Positions 41,283 to 52,870 of a DNA stretch of 64,000 nucleotides are shown here, in pieces. The first letter of the stretch is position 1; each line of letters begins with the position of its first letter. Source of the stretch: Neocallimastix sp. 'constans'. Its lineage: Eukaryota. The DNA lies in the NCBI GenBank assembly GCA_050613775.1, contig JBODTK010000010.1, positions 868,001 to 932,000 on the forward strand, read 5' to 3'. Both the position numbers and the translations under genes were made by a program. Under the pieces are notes generated by a model that saw only the letters and a list, made by a program, of their open reading frames with translations, searched no databases and had not been told where the DNA came from.

Positions 41283-41588
41283 CAGCCCAAGGCAGATGAG
41301 TGGAGGGGCGATGCTGTACTAGTATGCCAGTATATCACACTTTACAATTATATCTGTTTTTTTTTTAACGGCAGTAAACTTGTTTCATCTTTATTAATTA
41401 AATATTTGATAAAATACATTTAATAAAAAGGAAAAAAAGATAAAAAATAAAAAAAAAATAAAATAAAATAAAATAAAATAAAATAAAATAATGGTATAAT
41501 ATATTCTAGTTTCATTAATTATATCTGTTATGGTCATAATGGGAGATGGGTACTTCATTATGTGTGTCTAAATTATTATTATATTTTT
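41283..41588 (+). mobile_element. 5'-truncated diverged copy of the tRNA-headed SINE, interrupted by a LINE-A 3' end
   Basis: ggcgatgctgtactagtatgcc and tatggtcataatgggagatgggtac match the 3' body of 45642-46110. TSD (ttt)aactaataaattaata at 41267-41282 and 41589-41604; empty site near 49955. Confidence 0.8.
41359..41516 (-). mobile_element. LINE-A 3' UTR fragment nested in the SINE, with TSD
   Basis: Matches 59557-59710. TSD aattatatctgtt at 41346-41358 and 41517-41529. Confidence 0.88.
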
Positions 41589-41716
41589 AACTAATAAATT
41601 AATATCCATAACGTAATTATTTTGAAGTTAATAAATATATATATATATATAAATATCATAATAGAATTATTTTATGTATTTTCATAAATAAATATGTATA
41701 TTTATATTAATAATTA

Positions 41717-41768
<52 letters not shown>

Positions 41769-42055
41769 TTAATTTATTTAAAATTTTAAATATATATTAA
41801 AAATACTCAAATTTTATACAAAAGTTTATTTCTTTTTTTTTTTTTTTTTTAAAATTATTTTTTATTTTTATTTTATTTTTTATTGTTTTTCTATTTACAT
41901 GCAAAATAAATAAATTATTAATCTAATTTTTTTATAATAATATATTAAATAATAAATTGATAGTGATATATTTTTAAATCATTATTTTTATGATTTAATA
42001 ATTAATATTAAAAATATTCAAATTCATTAAATAAATTGTTAATAATCAATTATAT

Positions 42056-42673
42056 TTATTGAACTTGAATAGTACGACGTTGATTCTTAGGTGGTTCAGC
42101 TTTAGGTATTATAACTTGTAATGTTCCATTCTCCATTTTAGCTTCAATCTTATCAAGATCAGCTGTTTCAGGAATACTGAAAGATCTAGAGAATTTACCA
42201 TATTCACATTCCATCTTACTAATTTTCATGTTAGGTGCTTTTTTATATTTATTTTCTCTTTCACCTGAAATAATTAAAATACTATCTTCAGATAATTCCA
42301 TATGAATTTGTTCTTTAGTCATACCTGGTAAATCTAATTGAATATAGTAATTTTTATTATCTTCACAAAGATTATTCTTTGGACGGAAATCTACTAACTT
42401 ATAGACATCTTTATCGAAAGCCTGAGATGATTGTCTTTTTGCAGTATTATTATTTGACTTTTGATTTGATTTTTGAGAAGGTTTAGCGGATTGAGAATTT
42501 GGATGATAAGCATAAGGAGGATAACCAAAGAAATAAGGATAACCAGAAACTAAAGGATGATTATAGTAATCGTTATCATCACTTTTATCACTTTTATTAT
42601 CATCTAATACTGAATTATTTAATATTGAGCGATCGCTTTCCTTAATTGGATCATTTAAAAAGAATAAAGACAT
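42056..42673 (-). CDS. Hsp20 copy 4 (205 aa; ATG at 42673)
   Basis: Intact ORF; start assigned by homology to the other copies. Confidence 0.96.
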   Translation of the reverse strand: MSLFFLNDPIKESDRSILNNSVLDDNKSDKSDDNDYYNHPLVSGYPYFFGYPPYAYHPNSQSAKPSQKSNQKSNNNTAKRQSSQAFDKDVYKLVDFRPKNNLCEDNKNYYIQLDLPGMTKEQIHMELSEDSILIISGERENKYKKAPNMKISKMECEYGKFSRSFSIPETADLDKIEAKMENGTLQVIIPKAEPPKNQRRTIQVQ

Positions 42674-44718
42674 TTTGAATATATATTTAATTTTATTTTT
42701 TTTTTTTCTTATATTATTTAACAATTATGTTTTTTTTTTTTTTTTATTTCTTTTTATGTTTTAATATATAACTTTTTTTTATTTTATTTAATTTTTTATA
42801 AGCGCTTTTATACAATTATATAATAAATATTTTAAATAATTATTTATATTTAAAAATTAATGAATTTAAAAAATTTTAAACTGATTTTTTTGTCATATTT
42901 ATATTTTTTTTTAAAAAAAAAAAATAATAATGAATTATTAATTTTTGGTAAATTAAATTTTAATATAAAGAATTTCCTTTTAATAATAATAAATATTAAT
43001 AAATAATATTTATTAAATTTTCCACCGAAATATTAATAATTATTTTTAATATTAATAAGAATTATTAAGAAATTAAATAAAAAAAAATAATAAAAGAAAA
43101 ATTTTATAGAAAAATAAAGAAAATAATTTTATTATCAAAATAATGTAGAAAATTGTAGAAAAATAAATATACGTAATACATTAAAATAGTAATACGTAAT
43201 ACGTAATATATTAATACATTTATTAATACATTATTATTTTTCATTTTTCAGATTTATATATTTTAAAATTATTATTAAAAAGCTTTAATAAAGTTACTAT
43301 AAAAAGTAATTATTCAATTTTTAATATAATTTAATTATTTCATAATAAATTATTTAAAATAATTATAAATAACAAATATTCTTAATTAAAAGATTTAAAT
43401 TTTAACTAAAATTTATTATGTTATTTTTAAAAGAGAAAGTTATAAATATAAATAAATAATAATTAAGATGTTTTAAATAAATAATAATTAAAAAAATTTT
43501 TTTTTCATTTTTTATTCAATTAGCTGATAAATGAAAGTAATAGTGATGATTTATTTTGTCATTTCATCTTTATTCATATTTGATATTTCAATCATTCGAA
43601 GAATGATATATATATATATATATTATATATAGAATTTTATATATTAAAAATAAAATTTTAACGATAATATAAAAAAAAATATTTTGTATCATTATTCTTG
43701 AAAAAAATGGCAATTAACTAAATGATTTCTGTTCAAAATTAAAAAAAAAAAAAAATGGTGTGATATATACTATGTGTAATAACATAATAACCAGTTAAAT
43801 CTAAAATAATAAAACAAAGAAGTAACATCTTTAAAATAGATAGTATGAATTTATATTAAAATATAAAATTTCTATTTTCATTTTAATTTTTATTTGGTAA
43901 TAATAAATATAAATTTATTATTATTATAATTATTGTTAATTATTACATTATTTGTCAAAGTTTATGTTAGAAATAAAGTTTAATATATGAATATTATTCT
44001 TGTTATTAAACAAAATAACATATATAAATTTTATGTATAAATATTATAAATTATTAAGATATCAACTATTATATAAATTGTAATATGGCGCATGTATGAC
44101 GTACATAAAACATTTATGTAATAACACATAAAATATAATTGTGACATAATTAAAATTTATGTAGTAAAAATATATATAAAAAAGAATATTAAAAATAATT
44201 ATTAAAAAGTACATAATATAAATAAATATTAATAAAATAATAAATAAAATTTGAAATTACGAAATTTGAAGTGTGAATTCTAATATTTTAATTATATAAA
44301 TAATATAAAAATCAATAATTAAACTAATAAAATAATTAATATCTTTAATATAATTATTTTAAAGTAAAGTAAATAAATATGTATATATCTATATATATAT
44401 TTTTTAAAAAAAAAAAAGAAAGAATAATAAAATTTAAATAAAACTAATAATATATTAAAAAGATTTATTAAAAAATACTCAAATCTTATACAAAACTTTA
44501 TATCTTTTTTTTTTAAATTACTTTTTATTTTTATTTTATTTTTTTTATTGATTTTCTATTTACATGCAAAATAAATAAATTATTTATCTAATTTTTTTTT
44601 ATAATATATTAAATAATAAATTGATAGTAGTATATTTTTAAATAATTTTTTTATAATTTAATAATTAATATTAAAAATATTCAAATTCATTAAATAAATT
44701 GTTAATAATCAATTATAT

Positions 44719-45336
44719 TTATTGAACTTGAATAGTACGACGTTGATTCTTAGGTGGTTCAGCTTTAGGTATTATAACTTGTAATGATCCATTCTCCATT
44801 TTAGCTTCAATCTTGTCAAGATCAGCCGTTTCAGGAATACTGAAAGATCTAGAGAATTTACCATATTCACATTCCATCTTACTAATTTTCATATTAGCTG
44901 CCTTTTTATATTTATTTTCTCTTTCACCTGAAATTATTAAAATACTATCTTCAGATAATTCCATATGAATTTGTTCTTTAGTCATACCTGGTAAATCTAA
45001 TTGAATATAGTAGTTTTTATCATCTTCACAAAGATTATTCTTTGGACGGAAATCTACTAACTTATAGACATCTTTATCTAAAGCCTGAGATGATTGTCTT
45101 TTTGCAGTATTATTATTTGACTTTTGAGATGTTTTTTGAGAAGGTTTAGCGGATTGAGAATTTGGATGATAAGCATAAGGAGGATAACCAAAGAAATAAG
45201 GATAACCAGAAACTAAAGGATGATTATAATATTCATTATCATCACTTTTATCACTTTTATTATCATCTAATACTGAATTATTTAAGATCGAGCGATCGCT
45301 TTCCTTAATTGGATCATTTAAAAAGAATAAAGACAT
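44719..45336 (-). CDS. Hsp20 copy 5 (205 aa)
   Basis: Intact ORF. Confidence 0.96.
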   Translation of the reverse strand: MSLFFLNDPIKESDRSILNNSVLDDNKSDKSDDNEYYNHPLVSGYPYFFGYPPYAYHPNSQSAKPSQKTSQKSNNNTAKRQSSQALDKDVYKLVDFRPKNNLCEDDKNYYIQLDLPGMTKEQIHMELSEDSILIISGERENKYKKAANMKISKMECEYGKFSRSFSIPETADLDKIEAKMENGSLQVIIPKAEPPKNQRRTIQVQ

Positions 45337-45632
45337 TTTGAATATATATTTAATTTTATTTTTTTTTTTTTTATATTATTTATTAATTATGTTTTTTTTT
45401 TTTTTTTTTTGTTTCTTTTTATGTTTTAATATATAACTTTTTTTTATTTTATTTAATTTTTTATAAAAGCTTTTATACAATTATATAATAAATATTTTAA
45501 ATAATTATTTATTTTTAAAAATTAATGAATTTAAAAAATTTTAAACTGATTTTTTTGTCATATTTATATTTTTTTTAAATAATAAAAAAAATAAAAAAAA
45601 AAATAAAAAAAAAATGAATTATTAATGCTTGA

Positions 45633-45641
<9 letters not shown>

Positions 45642-45669
<28 letters not shown>

Positions 45670-46110
45670 ATAGACTTGCACATATGGGTACCCATCTCCC
45701 ATATGGCCATACAGTTATTAATTAACTGTAAGGTGATGAGTTATTGGCATACTGTATCAGCTTCGCCGCTCTCAATCGTCGTTACACACTGCCCGGAGAT
45801 GCATTCCTAACGTTCCTACATATATCTCTAATGACCACGAGCATCAGAACGGAACCATTAACTCCTCCCTAGTGGGTGTAATCATTGGCGATTGGAAATT
45901 TTACAATCATCAAGGTCTATGCTTCAATTCAAAGCGTAGTATCAGGGTTGGGTGAAATAATCATCTGAGGGAAAGCCTTATGGACATCACGTGTGGTCTC
46001 ATGATATCCCAGGATAGAAACCTCATCCGATTATTTGGTGCCATGCCGAGGATTCGAACCCCGCCCTCTACAGTGACCTGTATCGTCCTAACCGACTGGA
46101 CCAACATGGC
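45642..46110 (-). mobile_element. Full-length tRNA-derived SINE-like element (~440 bp plus T tail) with 15-bp TSD
   Basis: tRNA-like head at 46110-46035, structured body, and a T30 3' tail (A run 45639-45668 on +). TSD gcttgataaattaaa at 45627-45641 and 46111-46125. Paralogous promoters lack it (e.g. ~48757). Confidence 0.88.
46035..46110 (-). tRNA. tRNA-like SINE head (pseudo-tRNA; GTC in an aberrant anticodon arm; encoded CCA)
   Basis: GCCATGT..GCATGGC-A-CCA acceptor stem, D arm gtcc/ggac, box A TGGTCCAGTCGG and box B GGTTCGAATCC. The anticodon arm tacag-gtca-ctgta has a non-canonical loop. Confidence 0.7.
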
Positions 46111-47483
46111 GCTTGATAAATTAAATTTGATATAAGGAATTTCCTTTTATTAATAATAAATATTAATAAATAATATTTATTAAATTTATATCAAAATATT
46201 TATAATTATTTTTAATATTATTATTAATTATAAAGAAATTAAAGAAAAAAAGAAATGATAGAAGAAAATTTTGTGGAAAAATAAAGAAAAAAATTTTATT
46301 ATCAAAATAATATAGAAAATTGTAGAAAAATAAATATACATAATACATTAAATAATTGTAATACGTAATAAATTAATACATTATTATTCTCATTTTTCAT
46401 ATTTATATATTTTAAAATTATTATTAAAATAATTTTTAATTAATAAAGTTACTATAAAAAGTAATTATGCAATTTTTAACATAATTTAATTATTCCATAA
46501 TAAAATATTTAAAATAAATATAAATAACATATTATTAATTAAAAGATTTAGATTTTAGATATATCATTATTAAAAACATTTAATTAACTAAAATATATAA
46601 TATGTTATTTTTAAAAGATAAAGTAATTAATAATAATTAAGAAGTTATAAATAAATAATTAAAATGGTTTTTTTAATTTTTATTCAATTAGCTTATGAAT
46701 GAAAGTAATAATGATGATTTATTTAATCATTTCATCTTTATTCATATTTGATATTTCAGTCTCATTCAAAGAATGTTATAAATTCGGATTAAAATTTTAA
46801 TGCTAATGTAAAAAAAATACTTTGTAACGTCTTTTTGAAAAAAATGACCATTAACTAAATGATTTTTGTCCAAAATACAATTATTATGAATATGAGAAGA
46901 AATATTATAATATATTTTCCAAATGGAATTAAATCTTTAACGCTTTGGGTATTTCCTATGAAAGGGTTAAATTAATGAATGAATTTAAATATACTAAAAT
47001 GAATTTTCAAAAACATGTTGAGGCCAAAATAGTAAATGAAGTATTAGTAGTTATTATAATATATACATAAAATATGATTTATTCAAATACTTTATAATAA
47101 TTGTAATAAAATATATATAATATAAAAATAATAAAATTTAACGATTTACTTTAAATATAAAATTTTTATTTCCATATTAATTCTTATATTGTAATTATAG
47201 AGTAATTATATAAAAAATATAAAAATCAATAATTAAACTAATAAATTAACTAATATATAATATATAACATAACATGCATCTTTAAAATAGATAATATTAT
47301 TTTAAATTATAAAATTTCTATTCCCATTTTAATTTTTATTTTGAAATAATAATAAATTTATTATTATTAAAATTATTATTAATTATTAACAATAGTTATC
47401 AAAACTTAATTATATAAAAAATATAAAAATCAATAATTAAACTAATAAATTAATTAAAGTAAATAAATATATATATATATATA

Positions 47484-47540
<57 letters not shown>

Positions 47541-47850
47541 AAAAGAAAAATAAAATTTAAATAAAACTAATAATAAATTAAAATATTTATTAAAAAATAC
47601 TCAAATTTTATACAAAATTTTATATCTTTTTTTTTTTTTAATTATTTTTTATTTTTATTTTATTTTTTTTTTTTTTATTGATTTTCTATTTACATGCAAA
47701 ATAAATAAATTATTAATCTAATTTTTTTTTTATAATATATTAAATAATAAATTGATAGTGGTATATTTATAAATCATTATTTTTATGATTTAATAATTAA
47801 TATTAAAAATATTCAAATTCATTAAATAAATTGTTAATAATCAATTATAT

Positions 47851-48468
47851 TTATTGAACTTGAATAGTACGACGTTGATTCTTAGGTGGTTCAGCTTTAG
47901 GTATTATAACTTGTAATGATCCATTCTCCATTTTAGCTTCAATCTTGTCAAGATCAGCCGTTTCAGGAATACTGAAAGATCTAGAGAATTTACCATATTC
48001 ACATTCCATCTTACTAATTTTCATATTAGCTGCCTTTTTATATTTATTTTCTCTTTCACCTGAAATAATTAAAATACTATCTTCAGATAATTCCATATGA
48101 ATTTGTTCTTTAGTCATACCTGGTAAATCTAATTGAATATAGTAATTTTTATCATCTTCACAAAGATTATTCTTTGGACGGAAATCTACTAACTTATAGA
48201 CATCTTTATCGAAAGCCTGAGATGATTGTCTTTTTGCAACATTATTATTTGACTTCTGAGATGTTTTTTGAGAAGGTTTAGCCGATTGAGGATTTGGATG
48301 ATAAGCATAAGGAGGATAACCGAAGAAATAAGGATAACCAGAAACTAAAGGATGATTATAATATTCATTATCATCACTTTTATCACTTTTATTATCATCT
48401 AATACTGAATTATTTAAGATTGAGCGATCGCTTTCCTTAATTGGATCATTTAAAAAGAATAAAGACAT
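47851..48468 (-). CDS. Hsp20 copy 6 (205 aa)
   Basis: Intact ORF. Confidence 0.96.
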   Translation of the reverse strand: MSLFFLNDPIKESDRSILNNSVLDDNKSDKSDDNEYYNHPLVSGYPYFFGYPPYAYHPNPQSAKPSQKTSQKSNNNVAKRQSSQAFDKDVYKLVDFRPKNNLCEDDKNYYIQLDLPGMTKEQIHMELSEDSILIISGERENKYKKAANMKISKMECEYGKFSRSFSIPETADLDKIEAKMENGSLQVIIPKAEPPKNQRRTIQVQ

Positions 48469-50374
48469 TTTGAATTTAAATTTTATTTTTTTTCTTGTAT
48501 TAATTAATAATTATATGCTTTATTTATTATTATTTATTTTTTTTTTTTTTTCTTTTTATGTTTTAATATATAACTTTCTTGATTTTATTTAATTTTTTAT
48601 AAACGCTTTTAATCAATTGTATAATAAATATTTTAAATAATTATTTATATTTAAAAATTATTGAATTTAAAAAATTTAAACTGATTTTTTTGTCATATTT
48701 ATATATTTTTTTTTATATAATAACAAAAAAAAAATAAGAAATAATGAATTATTAATTCTTGGTAAATTAAATTTTGATATAAAGAATTTCCTTTTATTAA
48801 TAATAAATATTAATAAATGATATTTATTAAATTTATATCAAAATATTTATAATTATTTTTAATATTATTATTAATTATAAAGAAATTAAAGAAAAAAAGG
48901 ATAATAAAAGAAAAATTTTATAGAATAATAAAGAAAATAATTTTATTATCAAAATAATGTAGAATATTGTAGAAAAATAAATATACATAATACATTAAAT
49001 AATTGTAATAAGTAATAAATTAATACATTATTATTTTTCATTTTTCAGATTTATATATTTTAAAATTATTATTAAAATAATTTTTAATTAATAAAGTTAC
49101 TATAAAAAGTAATTATGCAATTTTTAACATAATTTAATTATTCCATAATAAAATATTTAAAATAAATATAAATAACAAATATTATTAATTAAAAGATTTA
49201 GATTTTAGACATATCATTATTAAAAACTTTTAATTAACTAAAATATATAATATGTTATTTTTAAAAGATAAAGTTATAAATAAATAATAATTAAGAAGTT
49301 ATAAATAAATAATAATTAAAATGTTTTTTTTTTTATTTTTTATTCAATTAGCTAATGAATGAAAGTAATAATGATGATTTATTTAATCATTTCATCTTCT
49401 TTATTCATATTTGATATTTCAATCATTCAAAGAATGTCATAAATTCAGATTAAAATTTTAATTCTAATGTAAAAAAAAAATATTTTGTAACGTCTTTCTG
49501 AAAAAAGTGGCTATTAACTAAATGATTTTCGTCCAAAATTCTATCATTATAAATGTGAGAAGAAATATTATAATATATTTTTCAAATGGAATTAACACTT
49601 TAACACTTTGGGTATTTCCGGTTAAAGTATTAAATCAATGAATGAATTTAAATTTACTAAAATGAATTATCAATACATGTTGAAGCCCAAATAGTAAATG
49701 AAGTATTAGTAGTTAATTGTAGTTATTATAATATATATCATATATAATTTAATCAAATATTTAATAATAATTATAATAAAATGTATATATAATAGAAAAA
49801 AAAAAAAAAAATAAAATTTAACAATTTATTTTAAAATATAAAATTTATATTTCCATATTATTTCATATAATATATATATAAATTTATTATAATTAATATC
49901 ATTAATAATTATAGTTAAAGTGTAATTATATAAATATATAAAAATCAATAATTAAACTAATAAATTAATATCTATAATATAATTATTTTAAAGTAAAATA
50001 AATAAATTTATATATATCTATATATATATATATATTTTTTTTTAAAAAAAAAAACGAAAGAAAGAAAAAAAAAATAAAATTTAAATATAACTAATAATAA
50101 ATTTAAATATTTATTAAAAAATACTCAAATTTTACACAAAAGTTTATATCTTTTTTTTTTTTTTAAATTATTTTTTATTTTTATTTTTATTTTTTTTTTA
50201 TTGTTTTTCTATTTACATGCAAAATAAATAAATTATTAATCTAAATTTTTTTATAATAATATATTAAATAATAAATTGATAGTGGTATATTTATAAATCA
50301 TTATTTTTATGATTTAATAATTAATATTAAAAATATTCAAATTCATTAAATAAATTGTTAATAATCAATTATAT

Positions 50375-50992
50375 TTATTGAACTTGAATAGTACGACGTT
50401 GATTCTTAGGTGGTTCAGCTTTAGGTATTATAACTTGTAATGATCCATTCTCCATTTTAGCTTCAATCTTGTCAAGATCAGCCGTTTCAGGAATACTGAA
50501 AGATCTAGAGAATTTACCATATTCACATTCCATCTTACTAATTTTCATATTAGGTGCCTTTTTATATTTATTTTCTCTTTCACCTGAAATTATTAAAATA
50601 CTATCTTCAGATAATTCCATATGAATTTGTTCTTTAGTCATACCTGGTAAATCTAATTGAATATAGTAATTTTTATCATCTTCACAAAGATTATTCTTTG
50701 GACGAAAATCTACTAACTTATAGACATCTTTATCGAAAGCCTGAGATGATTGTCTTTTTGCAGCATTATTATTTGACTTCTGAGATGTTTTTTGAGAAGG
50801 TTTAGCCGATTGAGGATTTGGATGATAAGCATAAGGAGGATAACCAAAGAAATATGGATAACCAGAAACTAAAGGATTATTATAGTAATCGTTATCATCA
50901 CTTTTATCACTTTTATTATCATCTAATACTGAATTATTTAAGATTGAGCGATCGCTTTCCTTAATTGGATCATTTAAAAAGAATAAAGACAT
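50375..50992 (-). CDS. Hsp20 copy 7 (205 aa)
   Basis: Intact ORF. Confidence 0.96.
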   Translation of the reverse strand: MSLFFLNDPIKESDRSILNNSVLDDNKSDKSDDNDYYNNPLVSGYPYFFGYPPYAYHPNPQSAKPSQKTSQKSNNNAAKRQSSQAFDKDVYKLVDFRPKNNLCEDDKNYYIQLDLPGMTKEQIHMELSEDSILIISGERENKYKKAPNMKISKMECEYGKFSRSFSIPETADLDKIEAKMENGSLQVIIPKAEPPKNQRRTIQVQ

Positions 50993-52230
50993 TTTGAATT
51001 TAAATTATATTTTTTTTATTTTTTATTATTTATTTTTTTCTTGTATTATTTATTTATAATATATTTATATTTTTATTTTATATTTCTTTTATATTATATT
51101 TTTTTATATTTCTTTTTATGTTTATTATATAATCTTTTTGATTTTATTTTATATTTAATAAACGCTTTTATACTATTGTATAATAAATATTTTAAATAAT
51201 TTTTATATTTAAAATTTGATGAATTAAAAAAATTTAAACTGAATTTTTTGTCTTATTTATATTTTTTTTAAAATAAAAAACAATATAAAAAAAATTATTA
51301 ATGTTTGGTAAATTAAATTTTGATATAAAAAATTTCCTTTTATTAATAAAAATATTAATAAATAATATTTATTAAAGCTGATAAATTTAATTAATAATGA
51401 TATTAAAAATTATTTAGAATTACAGAAGACAAAAAGAATAATAGAAGATTTTTGTGGAAAAATAAAGAAAATAATTTTATTATTAAAATAATGTAGAAAA
51501 TTATAGAAAAATAAATAAATAAATAAATAAATAAATATATAAACAAACAAACAAACAAATAAACAAACAAATAAATAAATACGTAATACATTAAATAACA
51601 ATAATATATATTACATTATGTATTTTCAGTTTTTAGATTTATATTTTTAATTATAAAATAATTAAATTATTCCATAATAAAACATTTAAAATAATAATAA
51701 ATAACAAATATTATTAGTAATTTAATGATTAATATTTTAAATATATCATTATTAAAAATTTTTAACAACTAAAATATAATATGTAATTATATAATATGTA
51801 ATTTTTAAAAGAGAAAGCAAAAAGTTAAATATAAATAATAATTAAAACTTCATTTATATATATATATTTTTCAATTAACTAATGAATGAAACTAAAGGAA
51901 ATAATTTATTTATTCCTTTTATCTTCACACCCTTTGGATTTACAATTACATATATAAAACTCGAATAAAAATTTAAATTCAAATGTATAAAGAAATAAAT
52001 TATTTAATATATTTGACTAAAGTTTCTTTTACTTTATTAATTTCTGGTTAAATTTCTACCGTGGTAATGTAAAAAACTATTATATTTCATTAGATTTATT
52101 TGAAATGACCAAAGAAAAAATTTAAATGAAATTAATACTTTGAGAATTTCTGGTGAAAAGGTTAAATCAACGAAGGAAATAATATACCAAAATAAATTGT
52201 CATTATGAGAAATTCATTAAAAGTATAATA

Positions 52231-52261
<31 letters not shown>

Positions 52262-52521
52262 TAAAATATAAATATAATATTTTTTTTTATATTCGAAATT
52301 ATTGAGAACTTTAACATTAAATACATTAAATATATATTTATTTATTAATTTAATGTATATTTTTATAATTTATTAAAAAAACACAAAATTAATAAAAAAA
52401 AAATATTATTTGTGCAAAGTGTAATAATTTTTTAAATAGTAATGTGAAGTAAATGTGTAACTAGAAATAAAATTTTAATTATATTATTTTTTTTTAATTT
52501 AAAATAATATATATATAGAAT

Positions 52522-52870
52522 TATTTTTTTTATAGCCGCAATTATTGCGAACTTTAATCTTTATTGATTTATTCATTTTTTAAATAAGTGAATTTTTTTT
52601 TTTTTAAAAAAATATATTTAAAAATAAATATTATTTGTCCAATTTGAACATAATAATATTTTAAATAATAATGTGAAATAAAAAGTAATATTCAAAATAA
52701 AGTGTATAAATAAATTCAGAAAAAAGTTCATATGCAACGAACCTAATCTCCAAATTACTTATTCCGGATTAGGGTTTGAATTGACTATCTGAAAGAAATT
52801 ATGGTCTTCTCCTTCAGAGACATTGGCTCTGCTAGCCTGTCTTACAGCATTTTCAGCGTTAGAGCTCCAT
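52522..52870 (-). mobile_element. LINE subfamily B 3' end
   Basis: NAENAVRQASRANVSEGEDHNFFQIVNSNPNPE* is homologous to the LINE-A C-terminus. The 3' UTR is shared with the 40510 and 6330 copies and ends in a cgcaa-taa-ttgcg hairpin before an A run. Confidence 0.82.

Noticed and set aside
42674..42724. N-terminal extensions of copies 4 and 8 (also 53935-53982)
   Set aside because: They depend on TTG starts; all other copies begin at MSLFF.
45721..45780. Hammerhead ribozyme in the SINE (gtgatgag)
   Set aside because: Lacks the CUGANGA core and a properly placed GAAA.
46035..46110. Functional tRNA-Asp or tRNA-His gene
   Set aside because: Aberrant anticodon arm, no adjacent T terminator, and it lies inside a TSD-flanked insertion.
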